NCBI RefSeq assembly: GCF_009834535.1
Contig: NC_045696.1
Location: 100,814,001-100,878,000, forward strand
Direction of reading: 5' to 3'
Length of the DNA: 64,000 nucleotides
DNA from: Camelus ferus
Lineage: Eukaryota
Shown here: positions 39,771-54,338 of the stretch, piece after piece
How the letters are laid out: each line of letters begins with the position of its first letter
Numbering within the stretch: the stretch's first letter is position 1
Made by a program: the position numbers and the translations under genes
Notes under the pieces: generated by a model
Seen by the model: the letters and a program-made list of their open reading frames with translations, nothing else
The model's database searches: none
Told to the model about the DNA's origin: nothing

Positions 39771-42085
39771 ATTACCAGTCAATTTATTCAGTTACATAAA
39801 AGAATTGCTTCTAAGGCATAAAACAAACCATTGTGGTAAAGGGGTATATTAAGCCCTCTATTATTTTTTTTTAACTTGAAAATAAACTAGAACTTAGGCT
39901 TTAGTGACATTTAATGCATAAAGTAGAACTGATCTCTTTAGGTAGTCACATGGACTGTTTGTTGGTATGCGGGATTCCCTTAAGGGAGTATTGGGTTTCC
40001 ACAAGGCAGAGGGACTGTGAGGGCCATCTTCCCTCACTTTCGGCATGCTATGTTATAAGGCAGTTTCTATGTATCCAGATACGATGGTTTACAGATTATG
40101 TTTTTATTATTAACCAATTTATAAAATGGAAAACTGACTTACAATCTTCCAGCAAAGAAACCAGTAAGAAAGGATAATAATAACTATTTTAGAATATGTT
40201 ACCTGTTAAAAGAAATGGCAGGGGCAGTGTTTCTTATTGGACAACCACTAAAAGAGGAAACAAAACCCAATGGTAGTATTTCTGAAAAACATCAAAGCTC
40301 TTCTTTTCATGTTTCTTACTTGATAATGGAAGAGAAAGGCTGTGTACCACTTCTAAAATATTTTCTTCACTGAAGCAGTAAAATTAGCTAGAATAATACA
40401 CAGAAAACAAAACAGAAACAAATAAAAATGCATTATTTTGTCAGTATGCTCTGTTGATAGGTGCTAGAGTGTATTATTGATGATTTAAAGAAACAAGTTT
40501 TAGGGAAATTATGCACTGTGGGAGGTTTACTGTGGAGTTACCTGACAGTCCAGATATTTCTAGTGTGTCTCATTTCATTTTCTAGACTTTGTTTCACAAA
40601 CTAATACATCCAGCAGTGCTTTTTGTAAGCTGCTAAAGGAAAAATGCACTGGAAATGAATGTCTTTTAAAGTAAATAATGCTTTTAAAATATTTTTGGAA
40701 AAAGCTAAATGTTCCAGGCTAAGAGTACAAACATTGCACCATGCGTAAATTTTGCAATATTGTTTAGAGAACAGCTCTTGTTCCTTTATATAGATAGAAA
40801 CCAAAGATGCACAAATTATACATGTCAATATCCATATAATTAATTTCACAAAATGAGAACTTAAAAACATATAGTAGATATTTGTAATATTATAAGGACA
40901 TACAGAATAGCTAAGAAAATCTTTTTAACCACAGAGAAGTATGCTGGTTATCTTCCAGCAAAGTAGTTAAAATAATTGAGTACAAATGTCTAGCATTTTT
41001 TTAAAACAAATATAAGTATTTCATATTTGTTGACTTCTTTTGATCATAAATATCTGTTAGTATATTCCTTGGTAGAAATTTTTGAAAATATAAATACAAT
41101 TTAAAGGTTATTATTTGAAATTGGATGAAAAAATAATGTTTTGTGAAAGAAGTCTCTGTTAACGAGAAATATTTTGATACGAATATTTCAACGTTTCCCA
41201 ACATTCTATCATTTTGCTACCTAAAATGTGTTTGATTTAAAATAATACATTTAAATCTATGCTCTTAAAAAAGCTGAAAACATATTCTAATCTATTAAAA
41301 TGTTTCAAAATTAACATTTTCAATAGACTCTGAAGCAATTTGTTATTTATATAAAATACACATATTTTCAGATTAGTTTATAAGAGCAACATCAAAGAAC
41401 GTAAGATTTTGAGTTAATTAAAAAAAAAGGCTTTACATACTTATACATACAGATTGAAAAAATAATGTTTCTAAGTTTAGCCAATACTCTTCTATTTGTA
41501 TATACTTGTGAACATTATACATTTTTGCAAAGTTTCATTTCAGGTATCACAGGTATCTGGTTGTATTAGCTACAAAACCAATTCTCAAAATAAACTAAAC
41601 TTAAAAATAAAACTTCAAGTTACTTTTCCAATGTGTTAAACCTGAATATTCAGAAATAATAGCACAAATACAAATTGCATTTTTCTATGACATACTAAAT
41701 TATCTGTAATGTAGTAAAGACCAAAGGGTTTATAAAGTTAATACATACAAACAAAATCACTAAGTAAAATGTTGCTTGTTTTACTTTGATTCATACACTT
41801 TGGTTTTTACTTTTTTGTGTGTAATAAAAAATTATTAACAGAGTGAAGTATATATACCCTTCAAATTGTAAACAAATAAATACACATATATTAGAGAGTA
41901 TGAAAATTTTTTAATTGACAAAAGCATAATTGAAAAGTTTCGAGCCTGCGGACACAGACTACTGAGCTCATGAAAAGCTCTTTTTAAGCCATAATGGGCA
42001 ATCCTTCGATCATTCATTCACTGATCCCACAGGAGCGTGTATAAGAGAGGTGGATGGATTATTGTTATTAAAACCAGAAGAAAAT

Positions 42086-42288
42086 CAGTGATGTGCTGGC
42101 AAAGGTTTAGAATCAGGATGGGATGGGAAGAAGCTCTGATTTGTAGTGTTTGCTGATTTCCTTAATGAAAATACCCCTACTACAGCTGATTTCAGACTAC
42201 AGCAAGGACCTCATGTGGGGATGGGAATTTATGTGCACAATCAAATCCTGGGAACTGTTACTGTTACCAGCTGGTCTAAACACCACTG
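42086..42288. mobile_element. MER63-like hAT MITE
   Basis: Terminal inverted repeats cagtgatgtgctgg and ctaaacaccactg, with internal 'ctgatttgtagtgtttgctgatttcc'. Confidence 0.75.
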
Positions 42289-43717
42289 GATTAAAGCTCA
42301 TGTTCTGTTGGCAAGAGAGTATTTCACTCTCATTTGTCAAAAATTATTTGTAAAATTCCAGTAAATATACTCCTCACTCAAACTTTCTTGTCTTTTAAAT
42401 ATTTCCCTAAAATATGGAATAAGTATTCGGAATACGTTTGTTTAGTAAATGGTGCTTTTCAATTGTAATCATTTTCATTTTCACATTCTTAAATTTAACA
42501 ATGTAATCTCTAGGAACATGTGTTTTCTATGTTCACTAGGAAAAAGGGTAGGATATGGAGAGTGAGAAGGAAAGAGAGAGAAGTTATACTTCTGCAGTAG
42601 AGAAAAGAGATGCTTTAATGCAATGTAAAGATGTTCCTCAACAAAATTAGCTTAAATGGTTGAATAAGAAATCCCTAAGAAAACTGAATTTGGCATACAT
42701 AAACTTCCCATCATGATAGTTTTACAAAAACACATGTAAAAATAAACACACATACACACATACACACACTCAACATGCTCAATTAGAGAATAGCTATTAA
42801 GTGTCTCGAGTAAGTTCCCTCAGAACAAATCAAAGATTGAAAGCACTTTACTCTCATATGAACTCATTTCTATTCTAGTGTTTTTCCACTAAGCAAATTA
42901 TGATTTTTCCTTTCTCATTAAGATTAATTTAGAAAAGAACAGAGTGTTTGATTGTTAGCGGATTTCTCGTCAATACACTGCTCACATACAAGAATCAATT
43001 ACACTTGGCTCATTCAATTCTTAAAAATGGTTTTAGAATTGCTCTGTAACTCCAATCTCTTTGTCAAATTACCCTGTCATTATCTTTGTGTTCACTAAAG
43101 CTAGGACAAAATTGTATTTAAACAACAGTTTGCTTTAATATCCTAAAGTTCAAAAAAAGATAATTGAGCAAACGTAGACAAATACAAGCTTAGAAATTAA
43201 CATCCTTGCTTACTTCATACTAGAATATAGTTCTACTTACATAAAATAATATCCTTTATATGATGGAAACAAGCCGTAACTTGTATTAATTTTTCTCAAA
43301 CATTTTAAATGTAAAGGAATGGAATCTTCATCTCACTAACCGAAGTTGCTGCTGGCAAAGATAATTGAATCATTATGCCAACCAACTTTCCTACGTAGCT
43401 GCAGAAAACGTAATAATTCATAGATTACTGCACAAATCTCCTAACTGGACTATTTGCCTCCAAGCTCACCCTCTTCTACTCCATTGCCCATCTAGCTGTC
43501 AAGCTAATTTTTTTATATTAATTGATTTGCTTCCTTATTTGCTTCCATGGACAGAATTTCTATAAAATAAACTCCATGAATAGATTGTCAAGGTCTTTGA
43601 CAATATAGCTTGAAATGAATTATTCCTTTAGTCATTCACTCATCTATTCATTCATTCATTCATTCACTCAAAAGTGTTTTTGAGCTTTATTGACTAAAGA
43701 TCTCCCAAATATTTGTG

Positions 43718-44260
43718 ATTTTTTTTAAAAAAGAGACTGTATTTTAGAGCATTTATCACTTCATAGAAAAATTGAGAGGAAGGAACAGAGAGTTTCCTCT
43801 ATTCTCTGGCCCTGCATTTACATAGCCTTTTCCTTTATCCACGTCCTCCACTAGAGTGGTGCATTTTTTACAATTAATGAACCTACATTGACACATCACA
43901 ATCACCTAAAATCCATAGGTTACTTTAGGGTTCACTTTTGGTGTTGTAATTTCTATGGGTTTGGACAAATGTATAATGATACGTATCCATTATTGGTAAC
44001 ATCCAGAGTATTTTCACTGCCCTAAAAATCCTCTATGCTCTACCTGTTCATCCCTCTCCTCCTCACCACCCACAGGCAACCACTGATCTTTTCACTGTTT
44101 CTAGTTTTGCCTTTTCCAAAATGTCTTATAGTTGGAGTCATACAGTATGTAGCCTTTTCAGATTGGCTTCTTTCACTTAGTTTATACATTTAAGATTCCT
44201 CCATTTCATAGCTAGATAGTTCATTTCTTTTTAGCACTGAATAATATTATATTATCTAGA
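43718..44260 (-). mobile_element. L1MC1-like 3' end
   Basis: 'tgaacctacattgacacatcac...tagggttcacttttggtgttgta...ttcactgccctaaaaatcctct'. Confidence 0.85.
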
Positions 44261-46069
44261 CAGAATTATTTCCATAACAATATATATTTTTGATCTCCTG
44301 TTATATATCTCAGATACACTGTTAGGCATTAAGGAGAAAAATGCTTTGTATCTGATATCAAAGTAAAAATCATCTTTATGCATCTTCACTTAGTATGCAA
44401 CTTAAAATCCATTGAAGGCTGAACATAATACATATCTGTTTGCAACTTTGAGGGAAAGCAGGATAATGCAAACATAATAAAAGCTTAAAAATGTATGTTA
44501 CTGCTCCTGTGATGATGATTATGAAGATAATGATGATGATAATAGAGAAGAAAATGCGAAATACTCTGCTATTTTACCACTAATAATATATCACTAATAA
44601 ATCTTTTTTCATACCATTAAAAATTATGAATGGTAGCCACACTAATTCTGATATCTTTATAAACCTAAGGGACAAAATTTTTATTTCTAGATAAGCTAAA
44701 AAGCAATCAATACCACATTCCACATTATCTTGCTTGACAGAATACACACACTTAGATTTTTAAACATTTTCTAACACTGCAAATATTACTATAAAGAATT
44801 GTGGTATTCTTACCTGGAGTAGAATACTGAATATGTACTCATTAATTCTCTGTTATTACTGGCTGTAGATAATGCAATCCTTGTTAAATATTTAAAAATC
44901 TGTTCCTAAGTTAACGCAGGAATTTGTTGCCTAACTCACGAGCTCTATAAATCATCAGCCTCTTCTTATAGTTTTTCCCTCCCTATGTAAGAATAGGACT
45001 CAGATGCCAAAATGCTTTGCATTTGTTTTAATGACACATGAATGCATATTTTACTTTGCTTTATTGTTATGTGTACTCTGTATTTTTTGACCTGTTATTT
45101 CCTTCCAAACTCCCATTCTGATAGATTAGATACACTTTGAAGTCAATCCCCACTTTCTATGTATACACGTTGCTCTACCACCTTGGCTTTCAAGAGCATT
45201 GTAACTGCCAGCCAAGAGTACTGTAAGTCAAAGGGCGCTCTGCCTTTTTCACCAAAATCGCATCCAAGGAGATGGTGTCTTACCAGGAGGGTGATTATTT
45301 GCTGTGTCAGTCAAACATTGTAAAGATTGGGAGGTACACTGGAGATCTGCCTTCTTCTTTTTTGCTCCACCCCTGATTTCATGTTTTTTGCCTCTTGTGG
45401 TCTCTTCCTCTTTTCTTTGCCTGCTAAAGTTAACATGGAGCTATGAATTCAGAATTCTGAATTTAAAACCATGATCACCTGGTTTATTTTGTTTTGTATT
45501 GCTGGCCGCAGATAGAAAGACCCTCCTTTAACAAAGCTGTATATTATTTCCTTTCTAGTTTAGTTAGGCTTGCTTGTGAAAAAGAAGAGGGCAGAGTTAT
45601 ATCAAAATTGACAAAAAAATTTACATTCTCCAACATTCTGACTTTCTGGTAGATATCCTAAAGCCATTCCCTTGTTAAGTCAATAACCTTGATTTCCAAG
45701 AAACAAAACAAAGCAAAATAAAACAAAATGACAACACCACCAATTTTGGGCTGTTTCAATAACAAACATCAAGATTTGTCAAATTATGAATTGGGAGTGG
45801 AGATCAGGTGAGTCCTCATTACCATTCATAATATCTTACCCCTGCCCATTTTATGTTTCAACATCTATCTCTTGCAACAACCTACTGTAAGGCACATATT
45901 TTTATATTTATTATATTTATTTTACTATAAGCAAAGACATTATCTCACTCTAAGTTAAACAACCCAAAGCATATTAAATAGTAAGTAAATTCAAATAAAG
46001 AAAATATGGGATAAGTCACAGAGTTAAGGAAAAAACTTCAACAGCCAGGCCATTAGAACTCTAGGAACA

Positions 46070-46337
46070 TATCATATGATATCATTCATGTGTAAAAAGA
46101 AAGAAAAAAAAGAGGACACTAATGAACTCATCTACAAAAGAAACAGACTCGCAGACATAGTAAACAATCGTACGGTTACCAGGGGAAAGGGAGTAGGAAG
46201 GGATAAATTTGGGAGTTTGAAATTTGCAAATGTTAACCACTATATATAAAATTAGATAAAAAACAGATTTCTTCTGTATAGCACAGGGAGTTATATTCAA
46301 CATGAAATGAATATATATATATATATGTATATGTATA

Positions 46338-46390
<53 letters not shown>

Positions 46391-46470
46391 CACACATGAC
46401 AGGGACATTATTTTTGGGCATGTACACCAGAAATGGACACATTGTAACTGACTATACTTCAATTAAAAAA
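46070..46470 (+). mobile_element. Intermediate-age L1 3'UTR with A tail
   Basis: 'aaacagactcgcagacatag...ctgtatagcacaggga...acattgtaactgactatacttcaattaaaaaa'. Degenerate TSD (12/15) at 46055-46069 and 46471-46485. Confidence 0.9.
46311..46388. repeat. Compound (TA)n/(TG)n microsatellite
   Basis: Read directly. Lies inside the L1 3'UTR. Confidence 0.95.
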
Positions 46471-47039
46471 AAAAGTCTAGAAACAAAGACACTTTTAGAA
46501 TCTTAGCATTAGGATGTTACGAGTCATTCCTGTAAAATGCAGACAGCTCCTCTCACAATTGTGATTTTTCATGTTTGACCAGTGGGAAGTGGGATTTCAC
46601 CTGGCAAATCACACAAATCACAGGTGTGAGGAAAGGGATCAGTGTGAAGACATAACACAAGAAATGGACTATCACTAGGACTTTAGTGAAGTAATTGCTG
46701 GTGAGTTAAATGAAAAAAGAGAGACATTTAGAAAGCAGCCCTAGCATAAAGAACAATTTCTTTAATTTCTTAAACTTAAAAAAGATACGAACAAGGAAGT
46801 CATATAGTTCTGCTTTTTCCCTTTTTTAAATTAAATGCATATCTTCCTTAAATCACTGCTTTATCTCTCTGGTCTCTTGCTTGTCACAATCAAATGCCTG
46901 AAAAGTTTCTCTGCACCCCCAGCTTCCATATCTTTAGTTTGTTTCCTTCTCTACTGACTGCAAACTGGTGAGAAAAGCCACTAGAATGAGTTTTTCTTTA
47001 TTCATTGTTCTTAATGCCTCTTTTTTCCTTCCCCAAAAA

Positions 47040-48310
47040 CTTATTCCAACTTCCATGTTCTCTGTGTAAGTGGATGACTTTCCATCCATCCAATTAATTG
47101 TGCAACTCTGAAGATAGAGCATCATTTTTAATCTATCTCCATGACCATAATATCCATTTAATTACCAATTTCTATCCACACGATCCTGAAAGGGTATCTA
47201 AAATGTGTATGTACTTGAGAAAATGTACACAAAACTTAGAAATGGACAACAGAATGCCATGAATTTTCAAAGTCTCATCAGGGCATTTTTAAATCAGGCT
47301 TAATCAAAGCATTTAATTATCTAGGAGACTGCGTCTGTATTCAGAGCTCAGGCACTATGAAACTGTATAATTTGAAGAAATCTGTCTGGGAAAAAATGAT
47401 GGCAAAAGCTGTGGTTTTATCACCCTGTCCAACATTAACTAGCTTTGCATCTCACCTGACAATCTGATTTTCACATTCTTCTTAAAAAAAAATGCCTACA
47501 AATAGCCAGTTCCTCAAAAACATTTTTTTCACTAGCTTTATAGTCTTAATGCTTCTCCATCAATTAAATGGATAAAAATTCAGTCCTATGTTTCTTCTTT
47601 ATTAGTATGAAAGTGATGTTTTAATTTTTGAGAATTACACTGTAATGATATCTCTCTGTCCTCAACACCATTACCTAAACTGAGGCCACCCTGTGTCCCT
47701 CCTTAACTATCAAAAGTGCTTCCTAACTGGTCTTGCTGCCCAAGTTTACCTGACTCCAACTCCTTCTTTGCAAAGTGATTTTTTAAAAACACACATCTGA
47801 ACATGTCATCTTTCGTTTAAATATTTTTATATGACCCATTAAATGACTCCCAAGACTTTGTCACCTGACTCCTACCTATGTCTGCAGCCACATGTCCCCA
47901 CCAGCCAAGCCTGACTGCTGCTCCCCAGTCAGACTCATCTACTTTCATTCTCCTTATTACGCCACGCCTCAGCTTTCTAAGGATGTTTCCTCCTGATGGA
48001 CCTTATAACTGGAATTGGTCTTCCCAGTCTCCACCCAGTGTCACTCACGACCATGGCTACTGATTCTCAAAGTCTCACCATTTATGTCACCTCTTAAAGA
48101 TAATCTCTCAAGTATAGGTTGAGAGGCCCTTTACATATGCTTGCTCTCATGGCACTTCTATGTTATATTTACTTCTATGTTATATTTACTTATTTGTATT
48201 CCCCATCAAAGTGTCTAAGACCTTTAAATGTCGAGAACTTGTCTATCTTATGTACCACTTTACTCCCCAAACCTAGTATGGTTACTGCTACATAGAATGC
48301 TTAATACAAT
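47040..48310 (+). mobile_element. L2 remnant (discontinuous)
   Basis: 'cttcctaactggtctt', 'atctgaacatgtca', and 3' end 'cttgtctatcttatgtaccact...cctagtatggttactgctacatag'. Confidence 0.65.
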
Positions 48311-48999
48311 TTAACATTTAAATTATTATATATTATCAATAATAGTAAAATGAGGACCTCAAAAACGTAAGGGTTATATTTATTGTTACATACCTAGTTT
48401 TCACGTATCTGATAACAGATACATTCAATTAATCATCTACACGCATATTTATACATTTAATACTCATTTTTGAAACAGGGAATTACTTTGGTATTATCAA
48501 CTCTGCTTTGTTAAGAAGAACCTGTAGCTTAGAATATTGTAACATTCCTGAAAAGTACTAGAGTCAAGCTTGGAACCTATGTTTGTGTAAGATTCTTCCT
48601 GTTACATTACTACTGTGAGCAGTTTCTAGTGTCTAACACATCACATTATGAGTTATGTTTAATTGTTCAATTAATTATACTTGATATACTTCAATTCATT
48701 CTATCTTAATTAAATTTATTCAATAAACGAACACTATACTTAGCTTTATCACAAGTATTATACAAAGTATTAGAAATATAATAATAGAAAATGTAGTCCC
48801 CTCTCTCAGAAAGATTAATGGGAAATTAAAGCAACCTATGAGGCTAAGACAGGGGTAAGCACCCCTTTTGATGGGATTTCCCCAAAGGCCATCTACCCTA
48901 GGTTTGTGAGGTATTTGAAAACTTAAGGAAATGCTATTGTGACTGCATCCTAAAGACACTGTGGGCAATTGCAAGATGAAATGTAGTTAACATATTCTG

Positions 49000-49420
49000 T
49001 TTAGGGGCTAGGTTTTAAGGGGCAAAAACTGAGATGGGAAAAGTAATCAGGAACCAGATGACAAAGGGCTTTATATTATACTGTATGGCATTTACTTTCA
49101 AGGAAACTAACAGTCTTTGATATATTTAAGTAAAGGAGTTAGAGAAACATTTTTATATTAAGAAAATTTCTCTGACTTCAGTGGATGGGTGGAAATATTG
49201 GAGGAGAGGCAAAAGGTTTGCTAGAGCTAAACTAGAAATTGCTAGATAATCTAAAAAAATAACATGTATGAAAATGACTTGAACAAATTTGATGCAGTAA
49301 AGACCTTGGATAGAAATAAAGATATTATACTAAAAATGTAGAACAAAAATAATTTGGAGAAAGGACACTGCCCAAATTTTGATAAGAGTATTTGAAATAA
49401 ATGATGTTACCCATTGATCA
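49000..49420 (-). mobile_element. L2 remnant
   Basis: 'ccagatgacaaagggcttt...tttaagtaaaggagt...ctctgacttcagtgg'. Confidence 0.5.
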
Positions 49421-49929
49421 AAAGGGTTTACTGAGTGTAACATAAATAACCCTGGTTACTATAATAAAACCTGAGTTCTCAGTTGCTAGTACAATATATA
49501 ATTATTTCTAGTTCATACCACAGTCCAATGTAAGTGTTCCTTATTGAGAAATATCCTGCATGATCATTCAGAACTTCAAGTTCAACCATCTAGGTGCTTA
49601 AGACATAGTTGTCTAAGCCTCTGGGGAGAAGTAGGTTTATGCACAAAACATTCCATTATTGATTATTAAACAATGTCTATTATTCAGATACAAAGAAGTT
49701 TGTAAAATGATATGCCTTTAATAGGAATCTATTAAAGGTGGATTAGATTGGAAATGCAATAAGAAAATCAACATCTTAACACTCTCTGTTTTTAAATGCC
49801 TTGCCGTTTAGTAAAATTTATTTTTCTCAGATGTTTGCTTTAGGCAAAATTGCAGTAACAAAACATTTAATGTGCTGGGTTAGTTATGGAAATTGAAGAG
49901 TTTTCTTTCCAAAAATATTGTTCCAGGTA

Positions 49930-50411
49930 TGTTGCTAAGTACTATGGAAAGAGGTTGCCTGCCATTCCAGTAAGCAACAAATTCTGCCTACCATCAAGCC
50001 ACCAGCCACTGCAGCCACCCCTGGATGGTGCACCCTAAGGGGAATTCAGGACAGAGAGGAACAGGAAGCATTCTGTGCTCAGTATACTGGCCCTAGATAG
50101 TTAAGATGCATATCTCCTCATAATTTCAGTGAGCCCGGACCCTTGCATCTTCCCATACATAGAAAAGCACTAAAACCATTAACTTGAGATGTCTGTTTTT
50201 TGTGATTAGCAGTAATCTTGATGTTCGACCACATTTTTTGGTTTGTTTGTTTGTTTGTTTCAGCAAAAACTATATGGCTCCTCTCTTACATCTTTGGAGC
50301 AGTTCCTTGGGACTATCTGAGAGGCTGACTCCTGGGCTATAGTCATCAGTAAGGTCCCTGAATAAAACTCAGCACAAAAATTTTAGGCTGTCCATTTTCC
50401 TTCAGTTGACA
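49930..50411 (+). mobile_element. Solo LTR (ERV-type), same family as 2131-3030
   Basis: TG...CA-like termini (tgttg / gttgaca), AATAAA at 50361-50366, and homology to the 2.1-3.0 kb copy. Confidence 0.7.
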
Positions 50412-53400
50412 GCATATATCCTCTTCTAAAATTTTGTAACTTGCTGACATAAATATTGTTCATCAAACAACACATACAATGTACATTTGGAAAGGCAGTC
50501 ATCTTTTGCTTTTAGTTTCCCTTCCAGAGAACTTTGTGTAGTCAAAGTATAGGCAAACGATAAATACCTATCAACTTTTCATCTAATATTGATCCACTAT
50601 TATATTTGAGGACTATTTTCTGAAAGAGAAAAAAATAGGCAGATAACCTAGCTAGAAATATCTCAGGTTTCTGACTAAATGAAGCAAATTAGAATTATTA
50701 TATTTTGCTTGAATGACATTATACTAATAAGAACAATATGTTAAAAAAAAAAAAACAAAAACCTTGTACTTTTGTTTTAGGATTCAAACATTTTCCTGAC
50801 ATTTGACAAACTTCTTTTGATGGGAATATAAAGCTTCCTTAATAAAATTTTACCCAGTAAGCTTGCACAAAGACTTTTTTCTTTAATTTTAATTTTTTTT
50901 TCTCCAACTGCTTTGAAAAAAAATAAAAGAACAGAGATAATTGGTGAAATGTCAGCATTTTACTATGGAAAGACCTGAATAATTCTTTGTATTAGAAGAT
51001 AAATCCCTATACCTTTCAAATAGTTTTCATTTCTTTTTAAAAGAATCAATGAATTTACACAATGTTCCTAGTAATCATACATACACAAAAAAGATGTACT
51101 TTTCTGACAATTTTTTTTTTAATTTTATACTCCCATTTATCATATCTGAGACTTATTTCTAGCAAAGTTACTGGTCTTAGATTTATTCTTTTCTTTTTGT
51201 TATTTGAAACTTTAACATTTACAGCAATTCTCAGGCTGTAAGGTGAAGGGGTAGACTTCAATTTTTCATCCCCCTGCCCTGAAGCATTAAGTTCTTTTTT
51301 TTTTCCCCTCCAACCTCTTAAACATCTAAGAAAGATAGTAAAGGGGAGAAGAAGGATAATAAAAGCTGAGAAAAGAAAATAAGGAAAAGGAAGCACACAG
51401 AGGAAATAATATTCAAGTGAAAGGAATGAAAAGGATAAGTAAGAAAAGAAAATTCCCTAACAAGCATCTATTCCATTTAATTTCATTTGCGAATACGCCT
51501 TGTACTTCAAACTGTTTTATCTTTTACTTCTATCTTCCTCTCTAAAATGAATGCAACAAGTAAAAATATATATTATTGTGAATTTTCTGAGAAGTTAAAC
51601 TAACATTGAGGTGTTAGGATTTAACAGTAGTTTGATGGTAGTAGGCAAAGGTGAATAAAAAGTGTATTAAAAAGTTTTAGTCTGTGAATTTACTTTAGGG
51701 GTCCTCAATACAACTCTTCTTGCACCTTATTTTCCCCAACGTATGCTGTCCCTAGTTGGCAATAAAGTTCAGAGACATGCCTATGCCAGATACCAAAAAC
51801 AAAAAGGAAATGAATGATCATTAGTCCTTTAAAAGATAGAGTGGAAAAACAGATAATCAAGCCCTGTAACATTTATAACAAAATTATTTTACAAAGAAAA
51901 TTATAATCTAGCGATTTATATTATGTTATTTCATATGCACACACACATACACAGTATATATGTATTATACCATGAATATGCATATGTAAATATGTTGTGT
52001 ACTATTCTCACAAGTGTTTTAAAAATATAGAAATGGTATCATAATGATATCATACTATAATATACAATTTTCTGCAACTTGTTTTGTTTTTTTGATATCA
52101 GAGTATAGTCCTGAGAACTATACATAGTGCCATATATAGATCTCATTCCATTAGTTTCATATCCCAGTATGAAGCCAGCACAACATTTTTCTCAAAATTA
52201 TTAAACCAGAAGGAAACCACTGCAGGAAAACCTGCCAATGTATATGTAGTGGTTTCCTTGAATAACAGAGCTATTGGTTATTTTTCACTTCTTTATAATT
52301 TACTTTAACTTCTACTTTCATAATGAATATATATTATCTTTACAATAATAGAAATAGTCTTGTTAGACCCATCGCTACTAGAGGTTAGTTATACAAACTA
52401 CTTTTAATAATATATACTTGATACGATTTTTAAGATAACTTTGATCATAAATAGTCAGATTTTCTCCATTTAGAGACCCTTGTTAGGGACTATTCTCATA
52501 CACATTTATTTATCCTCTATCCTTCAATACTTGAAATAGTTAGAGTAAGACTGGAAACAGGAAACTTAATACTGCAACAGCAGCTGCCTTATGCAAAACC
52601 TATCCAGGGTATTAGCAAGATGTGGATCATTTAAATAATTACACACTTAAGCTCACAAATTTCCTTATGGCTAATATCTTTTCAAATGATGTTAACCTCC
52701 CAAATAGTGCTGGATTCACCACTTGTGCAATCTTGATGTTTGAAGCAGCACCCTTTGTACTAGATATACTCTTATTCTTTCATGGGTATCTAGACAGCTT
52801 TACAGCATTCTTAAAAGTTAGTTTCACCCTTTCAAGCTCCCATCCTATGACCCTCTATTAAGCCAGACAGAGAAGACCAAATTGGAACTTTCATTTTTAA
52901 GGTGATAGGAAGATCCCTTGTAATGATTCTCAAAGTAAACTCAAACTGTCATTTTTTTCAAGTTAATTATTTGGCTCTTCCTCCCAATTTAAAGCTTGAG
53001 CAGAGTTCAACTCTTTTCCCAACCTGCCACACTCATGATTCCCAGAAACAAACACAGTATAAACTCTCATGCAGGCATTAGTCTTTCTGAAAATGACTTG
53101 GTGCTTCCTGCCTCTGCTGACATCCACTTGACATATTTAGTGTGTTTCATGTACAATGTCATTATGTGATTAGTTAGGGCATTATGAAAAAGAGGTCATG
53201 GCCATGCTGGCAACTCCACTGGAGCACTTCAGAAACTTTGTGATTACATAATCCCAACCCTGGCTAGCTCTCTGTCTGCCTCTGTGAACAGTGAAGTGCA
53301 GGTGCTGAAACAGAGACGGTGCCCATCCACCGTATACGCTAGATAACAAAGTGAGCCATAGATCCCATGGGGGAAGACTAATTAGACTTAGGCTTTCCAT

Positions 53401-54270
53401 GGGAAAGATAGGGGACTTTATGTGTTGGTTAACTTTAGAAATGACTTATCAACATTACAGATGCCAACAGTATCCCCTGGACTCTGTCAGCAGCTGACTA
53501 TTTAAGGGGAAGGGACATCTATTAGATGGAAAATGCTACCCCCTCCATCCCAGGCGATTTCAGAGGGAAAAGTGCAGGTCCTCTGACTGAGAATTAAAAA
53601 CACACAAACACCTTGGCTCTAATCAATACATAAGAGATTTTTGCATAGGTGAAATGATGCCTCAGTGTCATGGGTTTATTGCTTGTTTTATGGGTCAACA
53701 TCATTGAAAATAGAAATAATTCTGTCCATAAAATGAGTTTTGTTCTGACATACCAGAAATAAAAATGCTGAGAAACAACAAAATATTTGGCAGCCAATTT
53801 TGCTGCTTGTTACAGCTGCCACCATGGGAACTTCTCTGGAATTAATTCATGTTCTTCTCATGTGGTTTGACTCCTAATACACACACCCTCAAGTAGAATC
53901 ACTTAGTTTGGAACTTTCTCTTCCATTTATTTCTAGTCACCTCTACTTCCTACAGTTTCCTCCATTTCCCACAGGACGCTTAGGTATCAGCAGAAGGTCC
54001 ATAAATATTCTGGACTTGAAAAAGATTATTTTCTCAAAATTCAGTCAATCAGAAGGATAGGTTCTTTACATATGGTAAAAAGTAAAGTAAATCAAATTAC
54101 ATGTTACAGGTACTGAGAAAATCATTTGAAGGCAGTATTCTTTTCCAGGAAGATAAAATTTTAAATTTAAGGGTTGATATCTTAAGAGTTGAAACTTCTT
54201 TCAATCATTTCAATAATTCTGTGAGAAGTTGTACTGTTGATGTTGGCTCTCACTAATTTTAAACAATGGT

Positions 54271-54338
54271 TCCTCTTTCCTCTTTCTTTTTCTCTTTTCT
54301 TTTTTTTTTTTTCTTTCTTTTTCTTCTTCTTTTTTTTT
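54271..54338. repeat. Polypyrimidine (T/C) low-complexity tract
   Basis: Read directly from the sequence. Confidence 0.9.

Noticed and set aside
3030..49930. One giant provirus bounded by the two related LTRs
   Set aside because: The 47-kb spacing, divergent LTRs, lack of retroviral genes and interior full of older MIR/L2 elements rule this out.
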